Source: Centroscyllium fabricii
Taxonomy: Eukaryota
NCBI GenBank assembly: GCA_051313645.2
Contig: JBNRSN020000003.1
Coordinates: 110,794,001-110,858,000 of the forward strand
Length of the DNA: 64,000 bases
Direction of reading: 5' to 3'
The translations under genes were made by a program, and so were the position numbers. Of the stretch, positions 12,745 to 24,899 are shown one piece after another. The notes under the pieces are model-generated. The model was not told the DNA's origin, ran no database searches, and saw only the letters and a list, made by a program, of their open reading frames with translations. Position 1 is the first letter of the stretch; each line of letters starts with the position of its first letter.

Positions 12745-15700
12745 TCTGATGAACTTTTTGGTGTGGTTCACACTGTACGGTTATTGTATTTATTCTGTTT
12801 AATGTGTTTGCATATATCTTGTTATATATCTGTTAATGCCTTTATCTTTCTGAAAGGACCTGTACCGGCTGACCCCGCCTCTGGGTGCTAGTATAAAGGA
12901 GAACGCTCCGCCAAACTTATCTCTCATTCCAGACAGACTCATCGGGGACACGGTTCAGTTCCTTGTTAATAAAAGCCTCTTTATTAAGAAACTCGCTACC
13001 GTCATAATTTGAGGTGTCTCAATTTTATTAACAAGAATTTTAAAATGAGACAACAGCAGCAGAACGAAAATCAGCAGCCAGCAGCATCGGAGAGTTGGAA
13101 GACAATTCTAAAACCGAAAACTCTCGACCTCAAACCCCAGGCACCGAACGCGTCGAATGATTTTGAATACTGAATAAGCTGTTTCGAGTCGTACCTCGTC
13201 GTGGCCGGAGTCAGCGATGCGCACACAAGAGAAGAGTCCTGGTCTCCTGCATGAGTGGCAGGGTGTATTCCCTAATTAAGAACGCCATGGAATACAATGT
13301 GATGGAGCTACTGAAGGCTCGATATCTCCAGCCAGTCAACGCGGTCTATGCTCGCCATCTACTCACCACGCGGCGGCAACAGCATGGTGAGTCGAATGAG
13401 GAGTACCTGGAGGCTCTTCAAGCTCTTATTCTGCACTGCGGATGCGCCCCTGTTAACACCTAGGAGCACATGGACCTCATCGTCCGCGATGCCTACGTGG
13501 CAGGCATCAGAACGGCCCCAGCCCGCACCCGCCTGCTCGAGCAGGATAACTTATCCCTTAATGAGGCGGTGAAACTTTCCAACGCGGTGGATGGGACCCT
13601 CCAGAGCCTAGATTCGTACTCGGGGCACGGCTCCCACGCGGTTTCTCCTGGGCCTTGGGACTCACGTTCGACGCCCTAGACGGCGACTGTTGCGGCCACG
13701 ACACCATCTAGACAGCCAGCGCCTCCAAAATGCTTCTTTTGCAGCCAGAAACGGCATCCATGAAGGTCCTGCCCAGCGAAGGAGTCTTCATGCTCCAGAT
13801 GTGGCAAGAAGGGCCATTTTGCAAAGGTCTGCCGATCGGCCCCGGAATCAGCCTGGAAAATGGCAGCGGCCTGCGATGTCCACGCCACAGAGTGGCCTCA
13901 GGTACCTAGCGCACCCAGACAGCGACCCTCGCAGAAATTGCGGCCCTCACAGAACTCGCCGAAATCGCGGCGCTTGCAACAATCGCTACAGCGGCCCTCT
14001 GAACGATCGCCACCTACCCTACCTCAAATGCGGCCTGCCATCGTCGTTTCCCGTGCTCCGCCACCTTTGGGGGTGCGGGCATCTTCATCGCGATTTGGCG
14101 TGAATCGCGGACGCCATCTTGGATCCTGGCAGCAGCGGCCCCGTCCCAGCCCAGGGCGCCACCATCTTTGATCCAGTCAACTCGGATCCTGGCAGCAGCG
14201 TCCCAGCCCAGGGCGCCGCCATCTTTGATCCAGTCATGTCTACCGATGCTGGCAGCAGCAACAGGCAGCTCAGGAGCAGCTCCACTGATCCTGGCAGCAG
14301 CAACAGGCAATTCCGAGGCAATACAGCATTCTGGCACTTGTTCGCCATGAGCCCTTCAGTCCTCCCAACGGCTTTCCCAGTGACCCACCCAGCGGTCCTC
14401 CCAATGGGCCAAAACGCCACCGCGGCCCGCCGCGTGCGAATCACAGGCGCCGCCATCGTTCGCAGACCTGATAACGCCAGACCCTGCATTGCACAAGGGC
14501 CCAGCGCGCACACCACACTTGCCTCTACGGCCCTCAACCAGTCTCTACCTCATCCTCTCATGTCATCGATGATGCCCATCCGGGTAGAGGGGCACCTCAC
14601 CCGATGTCTGTTCGACACTGGGAGTACGGAGAGCTTCAAACACCCTGATACGGTGTGCCGTTATTCCCTCAGGGTTAGGCCCACACATTGTAAAATCTCC
14701 CTCGCCTCAGAGTCCCAGACTGTGGACGTCATCGGCTGCTGTACAGTCACCATTACCGTGAAGGGGTCGACATGCCGCGACTTTCAACTGTACGTCCTCC
14801 CACAGCTCTACGCCCGTGTTGCTTTGCCTGGACTTCCAGTGCAACCTGCAGAGCGTGACGATGGCATACGGCGGTCCCCTGCCTCCTATCACGGTCAGCA
14901 GCCGCGACTGCCCTGCCTCACAACCACACTCCTCTTGCGGTCTGTCTACCTTGAAGATAGACCCCCCCTTGCTGTTCGCCAACCTTGACCCTGACTGCAA
15001 GCCCATTGCAACCAAGAGTCGACAATACAGCACGGGGGACCGGACCTTTATCAAGGCAGAGGTTGCTCGGTTGTTGCGGGAGGGCATCATTGAGGCCAGT
15101 AACAGCCTGTGGCGGGCCCAGGTGGTGGTGCTTAAGTCTGGTAACAAAAAGCGCATGGTCATTGACTATAGCCAGACTATTAACCGCAAACACTGGGCTT
15201 GACGCTTATCCGCTTCCTAGAATCAATGACACGGTCAATCAGATTGCCCAGTATAAGTTCTTCTCCACCATTGACCTTAAGTCGGCCTATCACCAGCCCC
15301 CCATCAGAGCTGAGGACTGTAAATACACTGCCTTCGAGGCAAATGGGCGCTTTTTTCACTTCCTCCGGGTCCCCTTTGGGGTTACCAACGGAGTTTCGGT
15401 TTTCCAACGCGAGATGGACCGAATGGTTGACCAGTATGATTTGCAGGCCACATTCCCGTATTTGGACAATGTCACGATCTGCGGCCATGACCAGCAAGAT
15501 CATGATGCCAATTTGGACAGTTTTCTCCGTACGGCCCAGCGTCTGAACCTCACTTACAATGAGTTGGCTATCCTCAGCTATGTGGTTGAGAATGGGGCCC
15601 TCGGCCCAGATCCTGAACGTATGCGCCCCCTTCAGGAGCTGCCCCTACCGCACTCCCCCAAAGCTTTGAGGAGATGCCTGGGGTTTTTCTCTTACTATGC

Positions 15701-16761
15701 ACAATGGGTTCCCCATTATGCTGATAAGGCCCGGCCTCTCCTCAGGGCTACCTCCTTCCCACTCCTGTTAGAGGCCCAATTTGCTTTTTCTCACATCAAG
15801 CAAGACATCACCAAGGCTACCATGCATGCCATTGATGAGTCTCTCCCCTTCCAGTTTGAAAGTGACGCCTCCGACTTCGCCCTGGCCGCCAGCCTTAACT
15901 AGGCAGGCAGGCCCGTCGCTTTCTTCTCCCGTACCCTGCAGGGCCCTGAAGTCCACCACTCTTCAGTGGAAAAGGAGGCCCAAGCAATCGTGGAAGTAGT
16001 GCGCCACTGGCGCCACTATTTGGCCGGTAAACGATTTACTCTTCTTACTGACCAGCGGTCAGTAGCGTTTATGTTCCACCATAAACAGAGGGGTAAAATC
16101 AAGAATGACAAGATCCTCAGGTGGTGGATCGAACTCTCCGCTTTTGAGAGGGAAGCTTAACGATCCCCAGACGCCCTGTCCCGAGGAACGCGTGCCAGCG
16201 CCCAGTCGGGTAGTCTGAAAACCCTCCACGCTAACCTCTGCCACCCGGGGATCACCAGGCTCGCTCATTTCGTTAAATCACGCAATCTCCCTTATTCCAT
16301 TGCGGAGATCAAGGCGATGACGCAGGAGTGCCCTGTCTGTGCTGAGTGCAAGCCCCAGTTTTACAGGCCTGACAGGGCGCACCTCATCAAGGCCACCCGC
16401 CCATTCGAGCGCCTGAGTGTGGACTTTAAAGGTCCCCTCCTCTCTACCAACCGTAACTCGTACATTCTCACTGTGGTCGACGAGTTCTCCCGTTTCCCTT
16501 TTGCATTCCCATGCCCAGATATGATGAGTGCAACAGTGATAAAGCATCTGATCATGCTATTCGCCATTTTCGGCCTTCCTGGCTTCATACACAGCGACCG
16601 GGGGTCCTCATGACCCCGCCTCTGGGTGCTAGTATAAAGGAGAACGCTCCGCCCACTTATCTCTCATTCCAGGCAGACTCATCGGGGACACGGTTCAGTT
16701 CCTTGTTAATAAAAGCCTCTTTATTAAGAAACTCGCTACCGTCATAATTTGAGGTATCTCA
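12745..16761 (+). mobile_element. Ty3/Gypsy LTR retrotransposon A (PBS-less, YLDN lineage), internally deleted
   Basis: 5' LTR 12745-13021, partial 3' LTR 16611-16761, TSD caacc; domain order gag, PR (FDTGS), RT, RNase H, IN. Confidence 0.93.
13045..16610 (+). pseudogene. gag-pol of Gypsy A, with stops and frameshifts; integrase truncated after HSDRGSS
   Basis: Fragments include zinc knuckles, LFDTGS, DAYPLPRI, YLDNV, SDAS, CPVCAEC, VDFKGP. Confidence 0.9.
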
Positions 16762-17112
16762 CAACCCACTTGCCAGAGGAAACAGTTTCTTCTTACTTGC
16801 TCTATCAAACCATTCATAATTTTGAATACCTTACTAGGTCTCCCCTTAACCTTCAATGCTCTAAGGAATCACAGCTTCTCCAAACTCTCCACATAACTGA
16901 AGTCCCTCATCACTGGTATCATCCTGGTAAGCCTCCTCTGCACCCGCTCCAAGGCTCGACATTCTTCCGAAGTCCGGTGCCCAGGATTGTACACAATACT
17001 CCAGCTGAGGCCTAACCAGTGATTTGTAAAGGTTTAGCATCACATTCTTGTTTTTGTACTCAATGCCCCTATTTTCAAAGCCAAATATACCACACACTTT
17101 GTTAACCGCCTT

Positions 17113-17301
17113 ATAAGAATATAAGAACACAAGAATTAGGAGCAGGAGTAGGCCATGCAGCCCTTCAAGCCTGTTCCACCATTCAATAAGATTATGGCTG
17201 ATCTTCAGCCACAACTCAACGTTCCCGCCCAATTCCCCTGGAGTCCAAAAATCTATCTATCTCAGCCTTGAATATAATCAATGACTCAGCATCCACGGCC
17301 C
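17113..17301 (-). mobile_element. CR1 3' UTR fragment
   Basis: ataagaa tail followed by aggagcaggagtaggcc...atggctgatc. Confidence 0.8.
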
Positions 17302-17329
17302 TTTAAGGTAGTGATACAGGGCTACAGGA

Positions 17330-17420
17330 AATTGTAGAGTGAGGTCATAGAGAGATTTAAAGATGAGGACAAGGATTTGAAATATAATGTATTGGGGGAT
17401 GTAGGTTAGTGAAGATAGAG
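17330..17420 (-). mobile_element. Decayed L2 LINE fragment
   Basis: Peptide IPQYIIFQILVLIFKSLYDL resembles the L2 ORF2 C-terminus (LPV..RI.FKIL.L.FKSLHGL). Confidence 0.5.
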
Positions 17421-17649
17421 ATGGTATTATTCTGCATAAAGGCTGTGTAGTTTTCACTCCTGATATTAACAATTTTTAATGAAAACAAAGAAATTATTAC
17501 GAGAAAGACAAAGAAACATCTCTTCTTCTCAAGCCTGCAACTATCAAAACTTTCTAAATTGTACGGAGACAGGCTTCTGGCTTAAGATGGGATGGAAGGA
17601 AGCAAGGAAGGAAAGGGGGAAAGAAACAAAAAGAAAAAAATTAATGGAT

Positions 17650-17895
17650 TTTTGGATGTCCCAAAGCACTTTACATCTGATGAAGTACTTTTTGCAGTGT
17701 TGCCACTATTGTAATGTAGGAAACGCAGCAGCTAATTTGTGCAGAGCAGTATCCCACAAGCAGCAATATGATAATGACTAGGTAATCTGTTTCAGTGATA
17801 TTGGTTGAGGGATAAACATTGGCCAGAACACTGGGGAGAACTTCCCTACTCTTCTTCAAAAGAGTGCCATGAGATCTTTTACATCCCCAAGAGCT
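17650..17895 (-). mobile_element. Deu-domain SINE fragment (SacSINE1/AmnSINE-like)
   Basis: ttggccagaacactggggagaacttccctactcttcttcaaaagagtgccatgagatctttta resembles the Deu core as recalled; L2-type tail gtaaagtgctttgggacatcc on the minus strand. Confidence 0.7.
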
Positions 17896-18719
17896 GCCCT
17901 GTTGGCCAATTTACGTGTGTAAATTTAAATCCAAGGTTCCTTTTCCAGAGCCGTTGCATTCCATAAATTATATTATCCCCCCCCTTGTTAAACATCTTAT
18001 AGGCTTCGGCCTCAAAAAGTGTTGTTTATTTCTGGTTAAAACTTTCAAGCCTGAAGGAGTCCAAAGATTGTCCTCACCCCAGAAACATATTTTTAATTTA
18101 ACACCAATATATTTCTGACTTATCTGTTGAAACAATGAGAAAACTCTCCTCATATACAACCCAAACTCAGCTGATCCCCAATTTAACCCAATTATGGAAT
18201 ATTGTTAGCCTGTGATCTATATCAAAATAAGGATTGATCCACATAAGGGAAGTGTCATAGTATGTGATAATCCCATCTTAAATCAATAATTATATGCATG
18301 TAGATATTTACAAGAGTCGTGTAATACTTCAATTGAAGACTTCAAACGTGTGGTCCGAGTGCAGTTTCATAAACCACACTTCTCTCCAGCTCACGTCTAC
18401 CCACATCATTTGCTGTACGGCAAATCCAGTGTGCCATGTATTGAAGTTGAAATATCCACTCAATCATGCAGTTTTGGATGCAGCAGGTCCAATCCATCAT
18501 TTGTGTATTTTGGTTCAATTTAATTTGAGCGGCTTCACCTCCCAAAAGTAGTACAGGAACATCTTCTTCAACCAATGTACCTGCACCGAGAGGAACATCC
18601 TCCCTTTAATTTAAAACTTTGCATAAACAGTAGCATTCTTCACTCCACCTTTCAGAACATCCTTGCAAGGCAATCCGTCTGGTTAATGGAAGTTCATCCT
18701 TCCAGTTAGAAATAATTTC

Positions 18720-18892
18720 AAAGCCTTGGAGAGGGTGCAGAAGAGATTTACCAGAATTATACCAGGGATGAGGGGCTTCAGTGTGTGGAGAGACTAGAGA
18801 AGCTGAGATTGTTCCAGAGCAGAGCAGAGAAGGTTAATGTAAGATTAAATAGAGGTGTTCAAAATTATGAAAGTGTTTTCATAGAGTAAATA
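18720..18892 (+). mobile_element. CR1 ORF2 fragment
   Basis: Encodes ALERVQKRFTRIIPGM-like sequence. Confidence 0.75.
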
Positions 18893-19458
18893 ATTCTCAC
18901 TTTTAACAGGTGCACGGATAAGCGACTGGCTCCCTTTTAAAATGCAGTCATCCTGCACACTGTTCCTCTGGGAGGTTCAGGTATAATGTTCTGTTCCTGA
19001 ATACCCACATGTTATAATGCCTCCAGCACCCTCTTCTTGCAGCCTATGCAGGTTTTTGCTACCTTCCTTGCTGCTACTGCTCCTCCTCTTGATTTGTGAG
19101 CCTTAATTACATAGAATTTACAGCACAGACACAGGCCATTCGGCCAAACAGGTCCATGCCAGGGTTTATGCTCCACAGAAGCCTCCTCCTACACTATTTA
19201 CTTCATCTCAACATATCAACATATCATCTATTCCTTTCTAGCCCATGTACTTATCTGGCGTCCCCTTAAATGCATCTATACTAATTGCATCAACCACTCC
19301 CTGTAGTAGCAGGTTCCAGATTCTCACCACTCAGCGTAAAGAAGCTTCTCCTGAATTCCTTATTGGATTTATTCATGACTACCTTATGTTTATGGCTCGT
19401 GGTTTTGGACTCCACACAACTGGAAACATCTTTTCTATGTCTACCCTATCAAACCCCT

Positions 19459-19741
19459 TCATAGAAACATCGAAGATAGGAGCAGGAGTAGGCCACTTGG
19501 CCCCTTGAGCCTGCTCCGCCATTCAATGAGATCATGGCTGATCATCCACATTCAGTACCCTGTCCCTGCCTTCTCTCCATATCCCTTGATCCCTTTAGCC
19601 TTAAGAACTATATCCAACTCCTTCTTGAATATATTTAATGAATTGGCCTCTACTGCCTTCTGTGGTAGAGAATTCCACAGGTTCACCACTCTCTGGGTGA
19701 AGAAATTCCTCCTCATCTCTGTCCTAAATGAGGAGGAATTT
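19459..19741 (-). mobile_element. Short CR1-B 3' end nested in the old CR1
   Basis: Close match to 7500-7760; ends in a 14-nt fold-back (aaattcctcctcat / atgaggaggaattt). Confidence 0.85.
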
Positions 19742-20499
19742 TAAAGACTTGCATCAGGTCATCTCTCTATCTTCTCTTTTCTAGAGAAGAGACCTAATCT
19801 GTCGAATTTTTCCTGATAGCTGTAACCTCTCAGTTCTGGTATAATCCTTGTAAATCTTCTTTACACTTTATCCAGTGCGTCCATATCCTTTTTATAATAT
19901 GGAGTCCAGAACTGTGCACAGTACTCTTAGTGTGGCCTAACCACAGTTCTATATAAGTTTCACATAACTGCCGCGAAATTCGGCACATTAGTGCCAGTAG
20001 CTATGGCCGTTTTAAAAAAGGTTATCCGCCTTGCTTCCGCCCACTTCCAACAAAGCCGGTCATCTCGGTGAGGGCGATAGCGCGGGCGGTACGTGCGTGC
20101 ACTGGCAGTATGCAGAGTAGGCAGATCGTGACATCAGTCAACGAGTAACGCTGACTTGATGTATGACCTGCCATTTTTGACATCGCTGCTGCATTCAACA
20201 CCCTCTCCTAAACATGCACAGCGGAACATGCACTCCGGTGCATGAGGAACCCTCCCCTACCAGCACAATTTAAAGGGATACATCCAACCTGCATGTAAGT
20301 TGCTTTTTGCTTTAATACTGGCTCTTGAAGCATTTGTATGAGTACTGAGTTGCTGGAAGACAGAGTCTTGATGGACATTGGGAATGCGTTGGCTGCTACT
20401 GGAAGGCCTCCGAGAACACCACTTGCTCCCAGTCATGGGGGCTCCAGTTGCAGGCCCCCTCACACTGCACCACAACAAGGAGATGGAGCAGAGGCAATA

Positions 20500-20848
20500 A
20501 AGAAGACAAGCTGTGTGCAGAGGGAGGAGGGGCAGGAGGAGAGCTCTCAGCAGAAGGCCTAACCCACCCAGAGTCTTCAGGGAGCACGTCTCCTACCTAC
20601 ACCTAAGCCAGGAGCAGTGTATTTGGTGGCTCCACCTCACCAGGGAGGTGGTCGCAGAACTCTGCCACCACCTCACCAGGGAGGTGGTCGCAGAACTCTG
20701 CCACCTCTTGGACCAGACTTACAGCCTCAGAGCAGGGCGACAATGGCTCTGCCAGTGCCCATCAAGGTGACCATGGCCCTGAATTTTGTCGCCAGCTGAT
20801 CCGTCAAGGCTGGAACAGGCGACATAGCAAACATCTCGCAGTTCGCCA
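20500..20848 (+). pseudogene. Harbinger transposase N-terminal fragment
   Basis: PRVFREHVSYLHLSQEQC...DLQPQ..ALPVPIKVTMALNF.AS....GDIANISQ; 36-bp in-frame tandem duplication at 20632-20703; catalytic domain missing. Confidence 0.8.
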
Positions 20849-21115
20849 AAGCGATGCCTCAGCAATCCTAGTAAAGGCATCAAGGGATATGGAGAATGAG
20901 AGGGGATCTCATTGAAGCATACAAAATTATTACAGGGCTTGATGGGGTAGATGCTGGGAAAATGTTCCCCTTGGCTGGGGAGTCTAGAACCAGGATATGG
21001 CGATAGGGCCGGTGAATGGAGTTGAGGCAGAAGCTCAGCCATGATCTCATTGAATGGTGGAGTAGGCTCGAAGGGCTGAATGGCCTACTCCTGCTCCTAT
21101 TTCTTATGTTCTTAT

Positions 21116-23135
21116 GCTACCCCAGTGGCTGCAGAATGGCTGGTGGAAGGCTGCTGACTTTCAGTGGGGGAGACTGCAGATGGCCTTGCAGGAGGGCCTC
21201 GAGCGTCTCTGGGCCTAGAAGGCCTGGCTGTAGACTGCGCCACCTCAGCATGGGCAGCAGCAGTCTGGGCGGGCTGGCTGACAGGCAACATCAAGGGCAC
21301 TGGCAGACTGGCAGTGGTGGAAGTACGAATGCTGTCTTCCTGAGAGGACAACAAGTTTGTGCTCCACGGAGCCACTGCCACTCCCCCAAAGCGGTGCCTC
21401 AGCAATCCTAGTAATCTGTTGGAGGACAGATTGCTGGACTCCTGCGACAGTCTGCAAGCCCCTTTCCACACTCGTAAATGATGGCAGCAGTCTGAGCTTG
21501 CGTGGCAGAAGTTTGAGCTTCCTCTGCAGCACTCTGACGTCGAGTCGCCTCCGCTTGTGCTGCAATGGAAGCGGAGACATCGGCATCAGACTCTGCATCA
21601 TGGTGGAGTCCACAAGTGCTCTAATGCAGTTGCCCATCACTTCCATCCTGAAAATCATGGGCACCAAGCTCTGCACAAAGCTGGAGCTGGACTCCTCCAT
21701 GCTCCTTGACAGTGACAACAGGTTCTTTGGCAGGCTTGCCAATGCACCAAGCATTTGTGTGCATGCCCATCACCCTTCTTCTGAAGGCCACACCATTGAA
21801 ATCCTCATCGGTTAGGTTGATTGGCCTTGATAAATTAACCCTTAGTGTTAGGGCGATTGAATAGGTGGGGTTGCGGGATAGGGTGGGATATGTGTCAATG
21901 CAGGCTCGATAGGGATCGAGGGATGTGGGGAGAGGGCAGGGGCGGGGTGCTGGGTTTGGATGATCAGCCATGATCTCATTGAATGGCGGAGCAGGCTCGA
22001 AGGGCCGAATGGCCGACTCCTGCTCCTAGTTTCTATGTTTCTATCGGAGTCCTCTGCAGCAGAACTTGTGTGCGGCCTCACCCCCCAGGGAGCTGGCACC
22101 TGTGCTAACCTTTCACTTTGCCTATGCTGCAGGTTACTCATGCCCACTGGCACACCATGTGCAAATCCCACCTCTAAACTACCCTCTAAAGTGTGTGTGT
22201 CAGATCAAGTGACAGTGTCTCTTCTCCATCACTCTCCTTGTTCTTCCTGCACTGGCTGGGAAGCTTGAAGTTCTTGGGTAGCTGAAAGGAGAAAGGAACA
22301 AGGGTAGGGTTGTGGTGAGGGGAGGGGCCGAAAGAAAGATGTGCATGCTTACACCATCAGCAGCTTGTAAGGGAGAATGATTGTGGGATGAAGGGAAAGT
22401 CGAATGTGAAAAGGAGGATTAGGTATGAGCATACCATCATCATCAATGGTTTCTGCCTCGCTGATCGCCACAGCCTCAGTGATGACTCCTCCAATGATGT
22501 CTAGCATAGCCTCCTCCAGCTGGGTCACAATATGCAGCTGTGCCTGTCCCCCGCCGGTTAGCTGCAGCTGTCTCCCATTATGCACCACCTTGGCCAGCTC
22601 GTGAAAGGGAAGTGTGTCAGTGAATGGGGTGCAATGTGTTTGGGTGATGTGCCTGTCATGTTTGAATAGCTGGCAGTGTGTGCAAGGTGTGAGGCTTGCA
22701 ACAGTGATCAGTGTGTGAGGGTGAGGTTGTGAGGCTTGCAACAGTGATCAGTGTGCAAGGGTGAGGTGAAGCTATGATTGTGACGTACGAGTCATGATGG
22801 ATAGAGATTGTTGGTAGGTGAGTGATTGGGGGTGTGGTGAATTGAGCAGTGTATGAGGCTAGTGGTGCAGTTGGTGGAATATGGTATTTGAAGATGCATT
22901 CACTGAGCTTGACCACTTGTGTGAGGTCATTAAACTTTGATACTGAATCCAGTTCCTGGGGGAAAGACTACTGGCAGTGCCTGCTTCAGTTATCTAAGCC
23001 CACTGCCTTCTTAGTGAGTCTAGAGAGCCTCCTGGCCCCCTATGGGTAGAGGACCGGTCTCTTCCTTTCAACCCCCTGCACTAAGGCCTCCAGTGCTGCA
23101 TCTGAGAACCTAGGTGCCCTTTCTCTGCCCTGTTG
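21116..23135 (-). pseudogene. Harbinger Myb/SANT-like DNA-binding protein gene, multi-exon, decayed
   Basis: Translates to RERAPRFSDAALEALVQGVE...KFNDL (about 22905-23135) and AKVVHNGRQLQLTGGG..LEE ending at a gt donor near 22432. Confidence 0.75.
21812..22042 (+). mobile_element. 5'-truncated HE1/V-SINE
   Basis: Matches the 3' part of SINE 37056-37440; CR1-derived tail; TSD atcgg. Confidence 0.85.
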
Positions 23136-23333
23136 AGTCAGACAACAATTACAATGAGATGCTTATTTCAGAAAGCACCTCTCGTTTAAGAACTACACAC
23201 TGGGTTTCAAACTGGAGGCTAGCTTTAAAGAGATCATCTCTCACAAACTTGGGCCTCTGCTGAGCGTTCAGCCACGCAGCAGCATTTTCAGTGCTGGGCT
23301 AAACGCAACAATCATGTTAATTAGCATGGAGTA

Positions 23334-23609
23334 TGTGATGAACCTTTTGGTATGGTTCACACTGTACTGTTATTGTATATAGTTCTGTTTAATGTGTTTG
23401 TATATATCTTGTTATATATCTGTTAATGCCTTTATCTTTCTGTGGGGACCTGTCCCGGCTGACCCCGCCTCAGGGTGCTAGTATAAGGGAGTACGCTCCG
23501 CCCACTTGTCTTTCATACCAGGTGGACTCATCGGGGATATGGTTCAGTTCTTTGTTAATAAAAGCCTCCTTATTAAGAAACTCGCTTCAGTCGTAATTGA
23601 GGTATCTCA
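23334..23609 (+). mobile_element. Solo LTR, same family as Gypsy A
   Basis: TG...CA ends, TSD gagta, aligns end to end with 12745-13021. Confidence 0.95.
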
Positions 23610-24899
23610 GAGTACGAATGTCGTTGCTGCCTGCTTTACTTTCAACAGGCATGGGCAGATCGTGCATCAAACTGTTTAGCCCAACTTCTCTACTTTTAAA
23701 TTATATTCCTCCAGTGCTTTGTTTGCATTTTTATGGCTGTTAACCTGCATTGCTAGTTTTAATTTGTGCATCTGTACCCCTAGATCCCATTGCTCCTCTA
23801 CCCCATTTAGATTTATTTTCCAAGGAATAGCTGACCTCTTTATTCATCCTATCAAAATACACCACCTCACATTTATCGATATTAAAATTCATTTGCCATT
23901 TACATTCATATTATGCAAGTTTGTCGATGTCGTCTTGTATTTTGTCACAGTCTTCCTCAGTATCAATCATCCCCTCCAATTTGTTGTCTTCTGCAAATTT
24001 TGATATTATACTTTCGATTCCCAAGTCTAAATCATTTATGTAAAATAGTGAACAACATTGGCCCCAGCACTAACCCTTGTGGACACCACTTCCCACCTTC
24101 CGCCAGTCTGAGTGACTACCTTTAAACCCTGCTCCCTGTTTTCCTATGCTGTAACTTCTCGAAGGCCTTTTGAAAGTCCAAGAACTGTTTCACTGATAGT
24201 AAGCCCAACAGCATGCCAATGTTCAGTAATTCAGAACAAGTAAATTATGTGAAACAGTTCTTGCTCTCCACCAACTCACTCTGCAAAATTATCTCAAACA
24301 TTTTCCAAACTTGCCAAAAGAAGCCTAGAAGCCTAAACTGACTAATAGCTAAAACAACCTCAATATAGGTGAGAATCACTTCAAATACCACTTTTGAAAG
24401 CTGCTTGCCGATTGTTCCTGCCCTGATTTGCTGGGCATGTTAAGGAAATGACATTTGAGGCATGCACAGACAACAATTTAACAAAAGGCCCGATTCAGGA
24501 TCTTTATCATATTTAAATTATGCCTTTGCTTGCTGCTGGCAGCCACCCTGGATGACTGTCGAGCGGCAGGACCAATTTGATGTTGCATGCATTTCTGGCG
24601 CACTTCCAGCACAGAATATTGCATTGCTCATAGTGCCCATTTTGGACCCCAAATGTTACACTTGGCTTGGGTTTCCACCTCTGAATTTTCCAGAGAATCT
24701 TGTTGGAAATATGCATGCGTGATCATTAGGTGAGGTACAGTTTGGGTTAATTTCACATCCTAAAATAGCTGCTGACATTCGATATTTAGGTTCTCACATA
24801 AGGACTGGTGACTTTGATGAAGTTCTGGAGGATGTAGGGCGCAACTTGGCAACAAAGGCAGCAGAGGAGAAATGTGATATAAAAAAGGGGGGGAACATT

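Larger units (their letters stand above)
12441..17112 (-). mobile_element. CR1 LINE 3' fragment split by Gypsy A (12441-12744 and 16762-17112)
   Basis: catagaat tail at 12441; CR1 C-terminal peptide LYKSLVRPQLEYCVQ in ORF 16861-17232; flanks rejoin across TSD caacc. Confidence 0.85.
19969..23682. mobile_element. PIF/Harbinger DNA transposon 1 (defective, two convergent genes)
   Basis: Transposase N-terminus on plus strand, Myb/SANT gene on minus strand, 3-bp TSD aac within a CR1; TIRs are degenerate. Confidence 0.8.
19110..24180 (-). mobile_element. Old CR1 split by Harbinger 1 (19110-19968 and 23683-24180)
   Basis: catagaattt tail at 19110; antisense RT remnants; cataac / aacttctctac rejoin across the insertion. 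Confidence 0.75.
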
